From positions 9,300,001 through 9,364,000 of the forward strand of contig OZ210885.1 of the NCBI GenBank assembly GCA_964658305.1: a stretch of 64,000 bases of DNA, in the 5' to 3' direction. Shown here piece by piece: positions 37,118 to 47,400 of the stretch. A model generated the notes under the pieces. That model was not told where the DNA came from, made no database searches, and was given only the letters and a program-made list of their open reading frames with translations. A program made the position numbers and the translations under genes. The stretch is from Leptogorgia sarmentosa. Taxonomy: Eukaryota. How positions within the stretch are numbered: the first letter of the stretch is position 1; each line of letters starts with the position of its first letter.

Positions 37118-37583
37118 GACCTTGTGCCGCAAGCAGAAAATTTTTTTGGGATCATTTCGCGGCTTTGTTTCCAAGCACTGATCCAATTCTGACTCTAAAC
37201 AGAAAATATGGTCTTTTCTTTTTCTTTTTGTTTTTCTAATCCAGGCCCAAACAGTAATTCTGACCCTAACAACAAAATGCTGAGAAAAAAAGCTTGGAAA
37301 AAAACAAACAAAATGCCAAAAAATGACAGAAAACCAACACGCGAGAATCGAAACTGCAGGTTCGCCGCTGACGAGTCGGGACCGTAACTCCTGAGCTAAC
37401 GAAGCTCGACAAAATTGCCTGTGAAACGCTTCTATATGAATAGATTTTGCAATACAACATAAAGTAAATGAATTCTTAGTAACCAAGCCGCGAAGTGATC
37501 CCAAAAAATTTTTCTGCTGGCGCAATTGGTAGCGCGTCTGACTCCAGATCAGAAGGTTAAGTGTTCAATTCACTTCAAGGTCA
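37118..37583 (+). pseudogene. tRNA-Trp(CCA) split by a MITE insertion
   Basis: GACCTTGTGCCGCAA | MITE | TGGCGCAATTGGTAGCGCG...GGTCA. Confidence 0.88.
37133..37517. mobile_element. MITE, same family as 3632-4046
   Basis: TIR GCAGAAAA..TTTTGGGATCA; 8-bp TSD TGCCGCAA/TGGCGCAA. Confidence 0.88.
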
Positions 37584-37679
37584 AGCACTTCTGGCCACGC
37601 TGTCTCTGGAAATTTTCTACCAAATTAAAATTAAAAATATTGTCGTTATTTTCACATTCCAAGAAATAATAAATGTTTC

Positions 37680-37750
37680 TCCCATGTGGTCCGGTGTTCG
37701 GTTCTGGCGCTCTCACCGCCAAGGCCCGGGTTCGATTCCCCACATGTGAA
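37680..37750 (+). pseudogene. tRNA-Glu(CTC) pseudogene
   Basis: D-arm and acceptor mutated. Confidence 0.75.
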
Positions 37751-38035
37751 ATAATACTTGCGAGAGAAGGAAAAATATATACAATTCGAGAAATTAGCAA
37801 AACCATTTCTATTATACTAGCTCTATCCCTCTTACCCATTCTTTTGGTTTTTTCTGTATTTAAGTCCTTGTTGTCATGTCTTGCTTTTCCACAAAAAAAT
37901 CATTTGCTGATCATGTTTAAAGTGTAAAAATTTCCTAGAACTTTCTCTGATTTATTAGTTGAAGATGTTTGGTGAAAATGTTCGGCATCTTGTGGAATAT
38001 GAACATTAGCTATCACGAACGAATTGGGCAACTTT

Positions 38036-38106
38036 GCGTTGGTGGTTCAGTGGTAGAATTCTCGCCTTCCACGCGGGAGACCGGGGTTCGATTGCCCGCT
38101 AACATT
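38036..38106 (+). pseudogene. tRNA-Gly (GCC body, TCC anticodon), decayed 3' end
   Basis: CTCGC-CTTCCAC-GCGGG. Confidence 0.72.
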
Positions 38107-38192
38107 ATTTTCATTTTGTTGCATTTCAATTTCAACTGCAGCACGAGAAACAAACTGGCTTTGTAACACAGGAATGGTTAGCAAGTTATCAC

Positions 38193-38264
38193 TCACATGT
38201 GGTCTAGTAGTTAGGATCTGGCGTTTTCACCGCCATGGCCCGGGTTCGATTCCCGGCGTGGGAA
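38193..38264 (+). tRNA. tRNA-Glu(TTC), two substitutions
   Basis: Full-length Glu body followed by a T-run terminator. Confidence 0.78.
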
Positions 38265-38350
38265 TTTTTTCCGAAAAATTCAATTTGAAGCAGCTTGTGC
38301 TCACATTTTCAAATTCGTTCTCTGAAACCAAACCATTTTAACAACGCTAC

Positions 38351-38423
38351 GACCTTGTGGCGCAATTGGTAGCGCGTCTGACTCCAGATAAGAAGGTTAA
38401 GTGTTCAATTCACTTCAAGGTCA
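38351..38423 (+). tRNA. tRNA-Trp(CCA), one anticodon-stem mismatch
   Basis: GACCTTG..TCTGA-CTCCAGA-TAAGA..CAAGGTCA. Confidence 0.8.
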
Positions 38424-38513
38424 AGCACTTCTGGCCACGCTGTCTCTCGAAATTTTCTTCCAAATTCAAATTAAAAATATTATCGTTATTTTCACATTCC
38501 GAAGAAAGATAAA

Positions 38514-38585
38514 AGTCATGTAGTCCAGTGGTCAGGATCTGGCGCTCTCACCGCCAAGGCCCGGGTTCGATTCCCGGCATGGGAA
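38514..38585 (+). pseudogene. tRNA-Glu(CTC) with damaged 5' end
   Basis: 3' portion intact; 5' TCC missing. Confidence 0.75.
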
Positions 38586-38956
38586 TAATATTTGCGAGAG
38601 AAGGAAAAAATATGCAATTCGAGAAATTAGCAAAACCATTGCTATTATACTAGCTCTATCTCTCTTACCCATTCTTTTGGTGTTTTCTGAATTTAAGTCT
38701 TTGTTGACATGATTTTGATATTCCAGAAAAAAATTGATTTTGCTGATCATGTTTAAAGTGTAACAATTTTTTAGAACTTAGGCCTGGTTTATACAGCGTG
38801 CTATGAGCGCACCGAACCAATTTTTAAATTAGCACGGCCAAGCACGCTAATAGCACGCATTCTGATTTATACGTAACCATGACGTAACTAATCTGAGCGA
38901 GCTAATTTTTAAAGTTGAGATAAAGAGCCTGGGTGCGAGCGTAACATTAATACAAT

Positions 38957-40303
38957 ATGGCGTCTCATGCAAGATCAAAGTTTAGAAATGTTCTGATTTT
39001 TAAAACATTAAAAGCAAACTGGAAAAGAAGACAGAAATTGCAAAATATGGTAGCCATGCTTTTAATGCGGCAACAAACGTTTATAACAGTTTTGGCGCTT
39101 ATATCTCTGGTTTTGTATTCATCGACGAAGATTGCTACAAGGATGCCGAGGATACGTTCTTGTAGACGAAAGCTTAGGAGAATAGGTTGGTGGGAGTCAG
39201 TTTGGAATACATATTCAGATAAACGTTTTAGGAAAACATTTAGGATATCCAAAGCGACCTTCAGTTACATTCTGGACAGAATAAAAGCGGATATTCAACG
39301 TAAACAGCCTAGACGATGGGGGTTTGTTGAGGAACCAATTTCTCCTGCATGCAGATTGGGAATAGCATTATACAGGCTTGGCCGTGGAGACTATTATTAC
39401 ACGATTTCTGAAATGACTGGATTTGGTATAGCGACAGTATGTAACATAACAATAGATGTTTCACAGGCGATTGTCGAAAACCTTTGGAAAGAAGCTGTTT
39501 CTAATAAATTCCCATCAACTTTGGAACATTTTAAGGAATGTGCGCTGGATATGGAAGAAATGTGGCAATTTCCATTGGCATTTTCTGCGTTAGATGGTTG
39601 CCATATCCCAATAAAAATGCCAAGAGGTGGGGCAAATTCTGCTAAAGAATACCACAATTTCAAAAATTTTTATTCCATCGTACTGATGGGAATGGTTAAT
39701 GCCAAGATGCAATTCGTTTGGGCAAGTGTTGGCTGCCCTGGAAGCAATCACGACTCTATCATATTCAGATCAACTAGCCTTTATTCAAAATTGATGGAAA
39801 ACTATATTTTACCAACATTTACAAAACTTATTGAAGGTGTGAAAGTTCCTTTCATGATTCTAGCCGATTCAGCCTTTCCACACTTGCCCTGGATTCAAAA
39901 GCCATACACAAATGCTGTTTTATCGGAAAAACAACGTTATTTTAATTATAGGCTAAGCCGGGCAAGGATGGTCGTAGAAAGTGCGTATGGGATGCTCAAG
40001 TCAAGATGGCGAGTGCTACACAGAAAATGTGACAGCAACAATGAGACAATGAAAGTAAAAACTCTGGCATGTATTGTTTTACACAATATATGCATCGACT
40101 ATGGCGAAAATATCTCAACAAATTTAGACTTGACAGTCAATCCAGAAAATCCTTCTCAAAAAAGACCAAGAGATGCCATCAGGGACCTATTACATATGAC
40201 AAAGTCACGTCCAATAAGAAGCACAACAAAATCAGCTACACAAATTAGAAATGCTTTAACTGAAAAATTTTGGAGAGAACATGAAACTGGTGTTGTTATT
40301 TAG
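38957..40303 (+). CDS. Harbinger DDE transposase (HARBI1-like)
   Basis: FRISKATF, DGCH, GSNHD, DSAF, FNYRLSRARMVVE, LHN. Confidence 0.95.
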   Translation: MASHARSKFRNVLIFKTLKANWKRRQKLQNMVAMLLMRQQTFITVLALISLVLYSSTKIATRMPRIRSCRRKLRRIGWWESVWNTYSDKRFRKTFRISKATFSYILDRIKADIQRKQPRRWGFVEEPISPACRLGIALYRLGRGDYYYTISEMTGFGIATVCNITIDVSQAIVENLWKEAVSNKFPSTLEHFKECALDMEEMWQFPLAFSALDGCHIPIKMPRGGANSAKEYHNFKNFYSIVLMGMVNAKMQFVWASVGCPGSNHDSIIFRSTSLYSKLMENYILPTFTKLIEGVKVPFMILADSAFPHLPWIQKPYTNAVLSEKQRYFNYRLSRARMVVESAYGMLKSRWRVLHRKCDSNNETMKVKTLACIVLHNICIDYGENISTNLDLTVNPENPSQKRPRDAIRDLLHMTKSRPIRSTTKSATQIRNALTEKFWREHETGVVI

Positions 40304-40569
40304 TTGTGTGACTAGAAATATTATTTATATTTAATAGTTGAATTTTGCAGTTATTTGTAAATGAATTGTTCTCTCAAGGAAGTATTTACCATGCATGTCT
40401 CTAAGAAATGGGCCCCATATAATTTCAACTTCACCATAATTAATCTGAAAAACACCATGCCAAACACAACAACAATAACACAAAACCTATTTAACAGTAC
40501 TTGCACAAAGTGTTGTCAACATCATAGTTCAAAATACTCTGTTGAGTGATTCTGTGCCAGTCCACCAGA

Positions 40570-41832
40570 TTAATGGGAATATTTAGTTTGAGGATTTGAT
40601 GGTGATCCAAATGGAATGTTGGAAGGAATGTTAGCACCAACCGGATTAAATGTATTACAATGCTGTTGGCCACTGGGTGTATAATGGCCAATTGGAAGTG
40701 CAACTGGAGGGGGTGTGCTTACAGGAACATATGGTTGCCAGGCTTGTGAAAGGGAACGTACAGGTGCATCAAAATTACCTTGTACCTGGGGTTGGGATGA
40801 TGGAATCAACAACTTTAAGATTTCTAACTCATGTGCTCGAGCCCGTGCATTCTCCTTTTCCATGAATTCCAAAAACGAAGAGGTTTGTTGACTTTCTACA
40901 AGAGACTTAACACTTTCGAGAACTTCAGTTGTCTTTTCTACCAACTTGTTCTCACCTCTCTTGCTTTTCTTGGTTGGTTTAGGAATAAATAATTTCTCGT
41001 CCGATCTCATTGATGTTTCACTTTCATCAAGATCATCATCGAATTCAAATACATTTATACCACTCTCTTTATCTGAAGTTGATGGACCAACACTTGGTTC
41101 CATAGCTTGTTCTGGCTGACAACTTTCACGTGACTTTATCAAAGGGAATAACATATCAAACCATTTTGAATAATCTTTTTCATCTTTGTAGTTACTGATT
41201 CCTGTAGCTGTCTTGAAAACCATATTTGCCTTTTTGCATTCACTCACTAGTTTCTTAAATTTATTTCGCATCTGTGGGATTGATTTCTCAAAAACAGAAC
41301 CTCTGTTTTCAGCTCGTCTCTTCAATTCTTTCTGGATGGTTTCATAATTAGACTTGTTGGCTTTGCTCATAGTATTTTGAAAAATCAGCTTCCGTTGATG
41401 GTTTTCGTCATTAATTATAATGTCCACAAAATCGTCCAGATCTTCAGATTCCCATTGACATTTTTTACCTCTTTTCCTCTTCATTCGCGTTGGTGCAGAA
41501 TTAATAATTTTGCTCGCAACATAAGTATCACTATCATCTCCATCAGAATCAGGCTTCCAGTCGCTATCGTAACTGTTCTGTTCTGGAGAGTTCACAGGTG
41601 AAACGCTGCATCTCCCAGTTTCTTTAAATTTTCCCCGAGTATTTTGATCGACTACATCAGGTATTTTGCAATTTCTACAATACGATACGCTTTCGAATTC
41701 CGTCTGCAAATGCTCCTCTGCCGGTGTGCTGCATTCTAAACTTCTGTTGCATACTGGTTTCTCACAATTTACGCAGGAATACTTGGTATTTTCGCCACAA
41801 TTTGAGCACAGTTTTGTCTTTTTGTCCGCCAT
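40570..41832 (-). CDS. Harbinger accessory Myb/SANT (trihelix)-like DNA-binding protein with N-terminal Cys cluster
   Basis: Likely start AAATATGGCG (MADKK); W..QMRNKFKKL..KWFDMLF pattern; position inside the TIRs. Confidence 0.85.
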   Translation of the reverse strand: MADKKTKLCSNCGENTKYSCVNCEKPVCNRSLECSTPAEEHLQTEFESVSYCRNCKIPDVVDQNTRGKFKETGRCSVSPVNSPEQNSYDSDWKPDSDGDDSDTYVASKIINSAPTRMKRKRGKKCQWESEDLDDFVDIIINDENHQRKLIFQNTMSKANKSNYETIQKELKRRAENRGSVFEKSIPQMRNKFKKLVSECKKANMVFKTATGISNYKDEKDYSKWFDMLFPLIKSRESCQPEQAMEPSVGPSTSDKESGINVFEFDDDLDESETSMRSDEKLFIPKPTKKSKRGENKLVEKTTEVLESVKSLVESQQTSSFLEFMEKENARARAHELEILKLLIPSSQPQVQGNFDAPVRSLSQAWQPYVPVSTPPPVALPIGHYTPSGQQHCNTFNPVGANIPSNIPFGSPSNPQTKYSH

Positions 41833-42196
41833 ATTTAAAATGCACTGTTGCATCTCGGGAAAACTTAAATATTTTGACATTATAATAAATTATAGGCAAT
41901 TATCATATGATATGTTCGCTGATGGCACGGTGGTTTAAATCAAAGGCGTGCTTAACCGTGCTACGAGCGTTCGGCACGCCTCCGACGAGCGAACGGCACG
42001 GTCAGGAGCGAACCTAATTCAGAGAGTGAACCAATTTGATTTAGACAGCGTGCTTTGAGCGAACTTATTAGTGAAGTTATTGGTTCGGTGCGCTCATAGC
42101 ACGCTGTATAAACCAGGCCTTACTCTGATTTATTAATTGAAGGTGTTTGGCATCTTGTGGAATATGAACATTAGAACGGAAGAATTGGGCAACTTT

Positions 42197-42266
42197 GCGT
42201 TGGTGGTTCAGTGGTAGAATTCTCGCCTGCCACGCGGGAGATCGGGGTTGGATCCCCGACAACGCA
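42197..42266 (+). pseudogene. tRNA-Gly(GCC), T-loop mutated
   Basis: GGTTGGATCCCC instead of GGTTCGATTCCCC. Confidence 0.78.
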
Positions 42267-42682
42267 AATATTTTCATTTTGCTGCATTTCAGCCGTTTCA
42301 ATGGACCAATTGCATACTAGGCAAAATCATAACAACAGCGTTAAAGACCATCCCAAAATTACTAAAATTGCAAAGTTTGGGTTGAAAAAGTTGTAAAATA
42401 CGGAAAATATAATCGTGCAAAATAAGGAAAATTTGTATACTTCTGTATTACGTGCGTGATCAGCTCATCTATTTTATTCAGAATGTGACAAGCATTATTT
42501 TAAAATAATGAAGGGACAGTCTGTTTATTCGTTTTGTGTCGGTAGATATCTTAATACAGCTCGTAGGCTTATGGGACCTTCTTCTATTAGAATAAAATTA
42601 ATGTGAGGAGTGGTGTTCGCAATTTTAGAAAATAGTTGTTGTCGATTAGTTGAAGTAATAGTTGGAATTGCGTTTGGTTTAC

Positions 42683-43354
42683 CATGGTAGCCCAACGCAC
42701 GTATGACGTAGTATTTATTAGTATATAAATATGATAAGGTTGGCAAGTAAACACTAAATTGACTCACTACCGCTTAATACAAGGCGAAAAAATCAACGTC
42801 TTGCGAAAAAACATCGCTAAAAAACAGCAGCCCCTGCTTCTAGGATAGCATTAATAAATATGTACAACGTTTTGAGACAACAAAACGAGTGAAAAAGTCG
42901 AAAAAATACGAAAAGTTTCTTTCAATTTGCCGTGTCTCGATGCTGGATGCCCGTTGCCGGGCAAAAATTGCCGTTTGAAAAACGACTACGCGATCCTATT
43001 GGTTATAAATCTACCGGCATAACAGACCACCAATAGCATTGCGTATTCGTTATTTCAAACGGCAATTTTTGCACGGCAACAGGCATCCAGCATCAAGACA
43101 CGGCAAATTGAAAGAAACTTTTCGTATTTTTTCGACTTTTCCACACGTTTTGTTGCCTGAAAACGTTGTATATATTTAGTAATACTATCCTAGAAGTAGG
43201 GGCTGCTATTTTTTAGCGAAGTTTGTTCGCAAGAGGTTGATTTTTTTCGCCTTGTTTTAAGTGCTAGCGAGTCATATTATTGTTTACTTGACAACCTTAT
43301 CATTATATTTATATACTAATTAATACTACGTCATGCGTGCGTTGGGCTACTATG
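42683..43354. mobile_element. Foldback element with CAT..ATG termini and 7-bp TSD (P-like)
   Basis: ~330-bp inverted arms; TSD GGTTTAC restored when the 43357 insertion is removed. Confidence 0.82.
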
Positions 43355-43356
43355 GG

Positions 43357-43605
43357 CACAGAGTCACAGAGTATATATCATACAGGGATGTAACTGTTGT
43401 ACCCACTATTTTTGTGCGCATGCTCGGCAAGTTACTAGATGCGTGCATCTGATTGGATGACGACTAAATTTAAACTTGCCAAGCATGCACAGTTGATCAT
43501 TCTTTGCCGATCGCATTGAAAATTAAAAAAGTGGGTACGTGAAAGTGCGAGTTTTTTTCATATTGATTTTCGCCAGTTACATCTCTCTATGATTTATACT
43601 CTGTG
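43357..43605. mobile_element. MITE with CACAGAGTA TIR and 7-bp TSD
   Basis: CACAGAGTATATATCATA..GATGTAACTG / CAGTTACATC..TATGATTTATACTCTGTG; TSD CTATGGG. Confidence 0.8.
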
Positions 43606-44471
43606 CTATGGGTTTACTTAAGTTAATCGGCGAACTAGTTCCAGGTAGCTGGTCCACTCCGACCCTAAGCGCTGTATTTCGTATCGGAACAATACGAAAT
43701 AATTATGTGAAATATGAAATATTTATGTGAAAATATGGCAGCTACTTGGGCAGCGAAGTGACGTATATAGTAAATATCCACTGAGCTAAAGAATTACAAT
43801 TATAATTATAATGTAATATTATATCTCAGTGTAAATATCCTAAGGTTGGCAACTATTTACACTTTTGAAAATACACACACAAAATAAACCCGAAATTTAT
43901 CAAGAACACAACCGGCTTGAAAAACAACACAAATATAAATGAGGATATTTTTACTAACCTGTTAGCAACATTTTTTGTCAAAGTACAGCTTGAACAGTCC
44001 ACAAACAGACGAAATATTTCAATATTTTGCCGATATTTTGCTTGTAGCTATGCGGGATGCTTTTATCCCGTTACTGGACACGCTTTTCGAAATAAAACTT
44101 GACTGCTGATTGGCTCTTTCAATATCTGTCGTTAGCCAGGAAAACATGAGTTAATGACTTGTGTCACTATTACCTTCTGACGTTGCACAGCTTCACCCCG
44201 GGGACTAAGCTGATCACTAGTTCTTCCTTCAAAAATTAGCATGGATAGGAAACAACAGTCAAATTCGTGTAGGAATAAATTTCGTTTGTCTTTGGCTTTA
44301 CTGCTACTCGACAATCCTTAACTCAAATTAACAAACAGTTTCACAAACCATGCGAGTTATGAAATCATATATGGCACTCATTCATGATCAGGAGACATGC
44401 ACAAGCGTACGTTTTTTTGCATTTGCCTATCAGCTGTCTATACAACATTATGTAAATTGCACGCGTGACTT

Positions 44472-47400
44472 TCAGCCAATGTTTTCGTGGCTTTTGATAA
44501 GCTCTTCATCGAAGTCGTTTTGCAGCGGCGTTGTGGAGTTAACTTTGTAAAACAGAATTCTTCTATCCGCCATCTTGCTTTGTCTTCGCCAATACAAGAA
44601 AGCGACAATGAGCAGGAAGATGAGTACCAAAACAGCCACAGTAACTCCAGCTATCATTGGTCCGCTGTTTGAAGATGATTCACCCTGTTTCTTGCCCAGC
44701 GTACCATCTAGATTTTACAAATGTTCAAAGATCAAAATTCTTTTCACAACCAGTCTTGAAGTCTTAAAGAACGTTTCTAAATTATTTATAAAGGCATAGC
44801 TATTTCACAGATTTTTCATATCTTGCTTAATTCTTGAAACAAACTGTGCGTTTTCTTAATTGGATCAATTCTTAACATCAATAACGATGTTTTTAACGAC
44901 GTCACATGCGGGATTAGCCTAATAAAATCACTTGTGAGTCACTGAGTAACAATCAAAAGTTGTTTAAAAACGGTAAAAAGCTAAAAACCTTGCGTGCCCA
45001 CTTGTGAGCTGTGACAATACATGCAGATTGTCACTTTTAATTCAGTATTATTTTATACGATCTTTTAAATAAGACTTTTTGTTGCTATCGCAAAGACATT
45101 CCTTACCTTTGTTACTTGTTGTACTCTTTCTGGTCGTCCCGGATGGACTGGTCTGGCTAGGTTTGCCAGTAGATACAATCCTGATCGTTGGAGAGGGGCT
45201 GGTTTTGCTAGGTGTCGTTGAATTTGATTCGTCGCTATGAATGCAGGATTTGCCATCTTTTCTCAACACTATTCCGTTTGGACAGCGGCAGGTGTGATTT
45301 TTTGCGGAAACGCTTGAAAGCAGGCAGAGATGAGAGCACCCACCGTTATTTCTGGCGCACTGTGTGGGGACTAAAGAAATAAATTTTGTGTACATAATTT
45401 TTCGGTTGCGTTTTCTGTTCAGTTTCACATACTACACAGTGAAGCGGAGAAAGAAATTAAATCATTCACTGCCTTACCTTGTTTCTGATGCAATGGGTGA
45501 ACAATATTCACACCCGTAGGACTTCTCAAATTGTTTTTCAGTTCACCTAATCGTTGGCCAGTTCTTTTGTTGACGGTGAATATGGTGTCAAGCGAATAAT
45601 CAGTATAGTACAGACGATCCTCAAACACTGCCAAACCTAGCGGGTGAACAAGTCCTTTGAAGATCAAAGTCTTTCTCGCCGAACCGTCGTATTTGATCGT
45701 GTCTATTCGCTGCGATTTTGTGTCCGCGAAGAACAACCTCTGAGTGATGGTATCTATTGTCAAGGCAGTTGGCCAGACGAGGTCAGTGTCAAGGATAACT
45801 TTGCGAGAAGTTAAATTGCCATCCATACTTGCTCGCTCAATTTTAGGATGTACTCCACCCCAATCTGTCCAGAATATATACCTAGAAGTAAAGAAATCCT
45901 CATTGGTTTCTATCTAGGCTTGTCTAAAGTATTCATTTAGTTTCGCTGGTTTATTATTTTTAACTCAAGAACATTGGCGGAAATTTCGGAAGATTGGTTA
46001 ATTGAAAACTACATAGCCTACATTTGACAAGAAGTTAATTATGGCTTGCGCACCATCCCAGCTCAAAATATACAGATAAGTAGTAATCCTACCTTTCAAA
46101 TGGATCCAAAGCTATACCGCGCGGCGCGTCTAAGCTGACACTGAATAGTTTTAAACGATTCTTGCCATCCAATTCAGAAACTTCAATCGATTTCAATGTT
46201 TCATCGGTCCAATATATTTTCTTTCCAATCCAATCAATGGCCAGACCTAGATTTTTAAATTTATATTAACCAACATTAGATTGAAAGAAGGCGTACAAAT
46301 TTATAATATAGAAACATTGCGGAAGCCAACAACATTGACTTAGATCGGTTAAACGTACCATTTGAGTGTACTACTTTCTTAACAACTGTCTCCGCAGTTC
46401 CATCACCCAATAATCGTGCACGTTCAATCGTTCCATCAAGAATATCACTCCAGTAAACGTATCCATTATTGACATCATGGCCTATGGCAATTGGTGCTTT
46501 GCGATTTAAAACAACATCACCGTAGTGAATCCCGGATACTGTGAGATTGTGAATGGCATGTTCTCCACCAAAGACAAGATACGCTTGTGGGCCTAGAAAA
46601 TTTCGCAAATAATATACAATCATTAGCAACATATCTTCAATAGTCTTCACGAATCAATGAATCGTCCCCGTCAACCTTTATCAGTTTCATTGCAAACATG
46701 TTACGCCAGGAAAAGGCATACCCAGTGATCTCTCACCTGTCGCTCGACACGTGACATCCTCTTCCTTACGATAACCCTGGACACAACTACATTTGAAGTG
46801 TCCCTTGAAGTTAACACACGTCTGACTGCAGGAGCCATACACCTCTTCGCATTCGTTTAGGTCTGCAATATAAATCATCGTAAAAGTAGCGCACAACATA
46901 TTATAGTGACAATGCAGAGCCATGCCTCAACGTTCGTACCTTCACAAGATCTGCTGTCGTTGGCCAGTTTGTAGCCTTTATTACAATGGCATTCGTAACC
47001 AATAGGAAGATCTTTACATTTGTGAATACAGTGACCATTATGATCAGAACACTCGTCGATTCCTATTAAAATGCAATGTAGATACACAGTTACATATGAG
47101 AAAATTTACCTCCGCATTATAAAAAAATGCATCAAATGAATGTTAGTTTCAACAGAAAAGCGGCAAAGAAAATCGGTAGATCTGTTAACTACATAGTACA
47201 TAGTGCATAGTACATAATACATAATACATAATACATAGTATACACATAGTTTTTGCCTTTTTGGGCCTATATGTGATTCTCTTCCGGTAAGAGAAGCATA
47301 ATACATACCACAGTTAGGTGCTTCATCTTCCCCACGGGGACAATCTCTCAAACCATTGCACACTTTGGTCGCGTTGATACAATATGGCGAACTTCCACAA

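Larger units (their letters stand above)
38781..42119. mobile_element. Intact autonomous PIF/Harbinger transposon
   Basis: Perfect 41-bp TIR GGCCTGGTTTATACAGCGTGCTATGAGCGCACCGAACCAAT; TSD TTA; empty site GAACTTACTCTG at ~4398 and ~54099; two convergent ORFs. Confidence 0.97.

Noticed and set aside
38036..38106. Functional Gly(TCC) isoacceptor
   Set aside because: Single anticodon change in a copy whose T-stem and acceptor are broken
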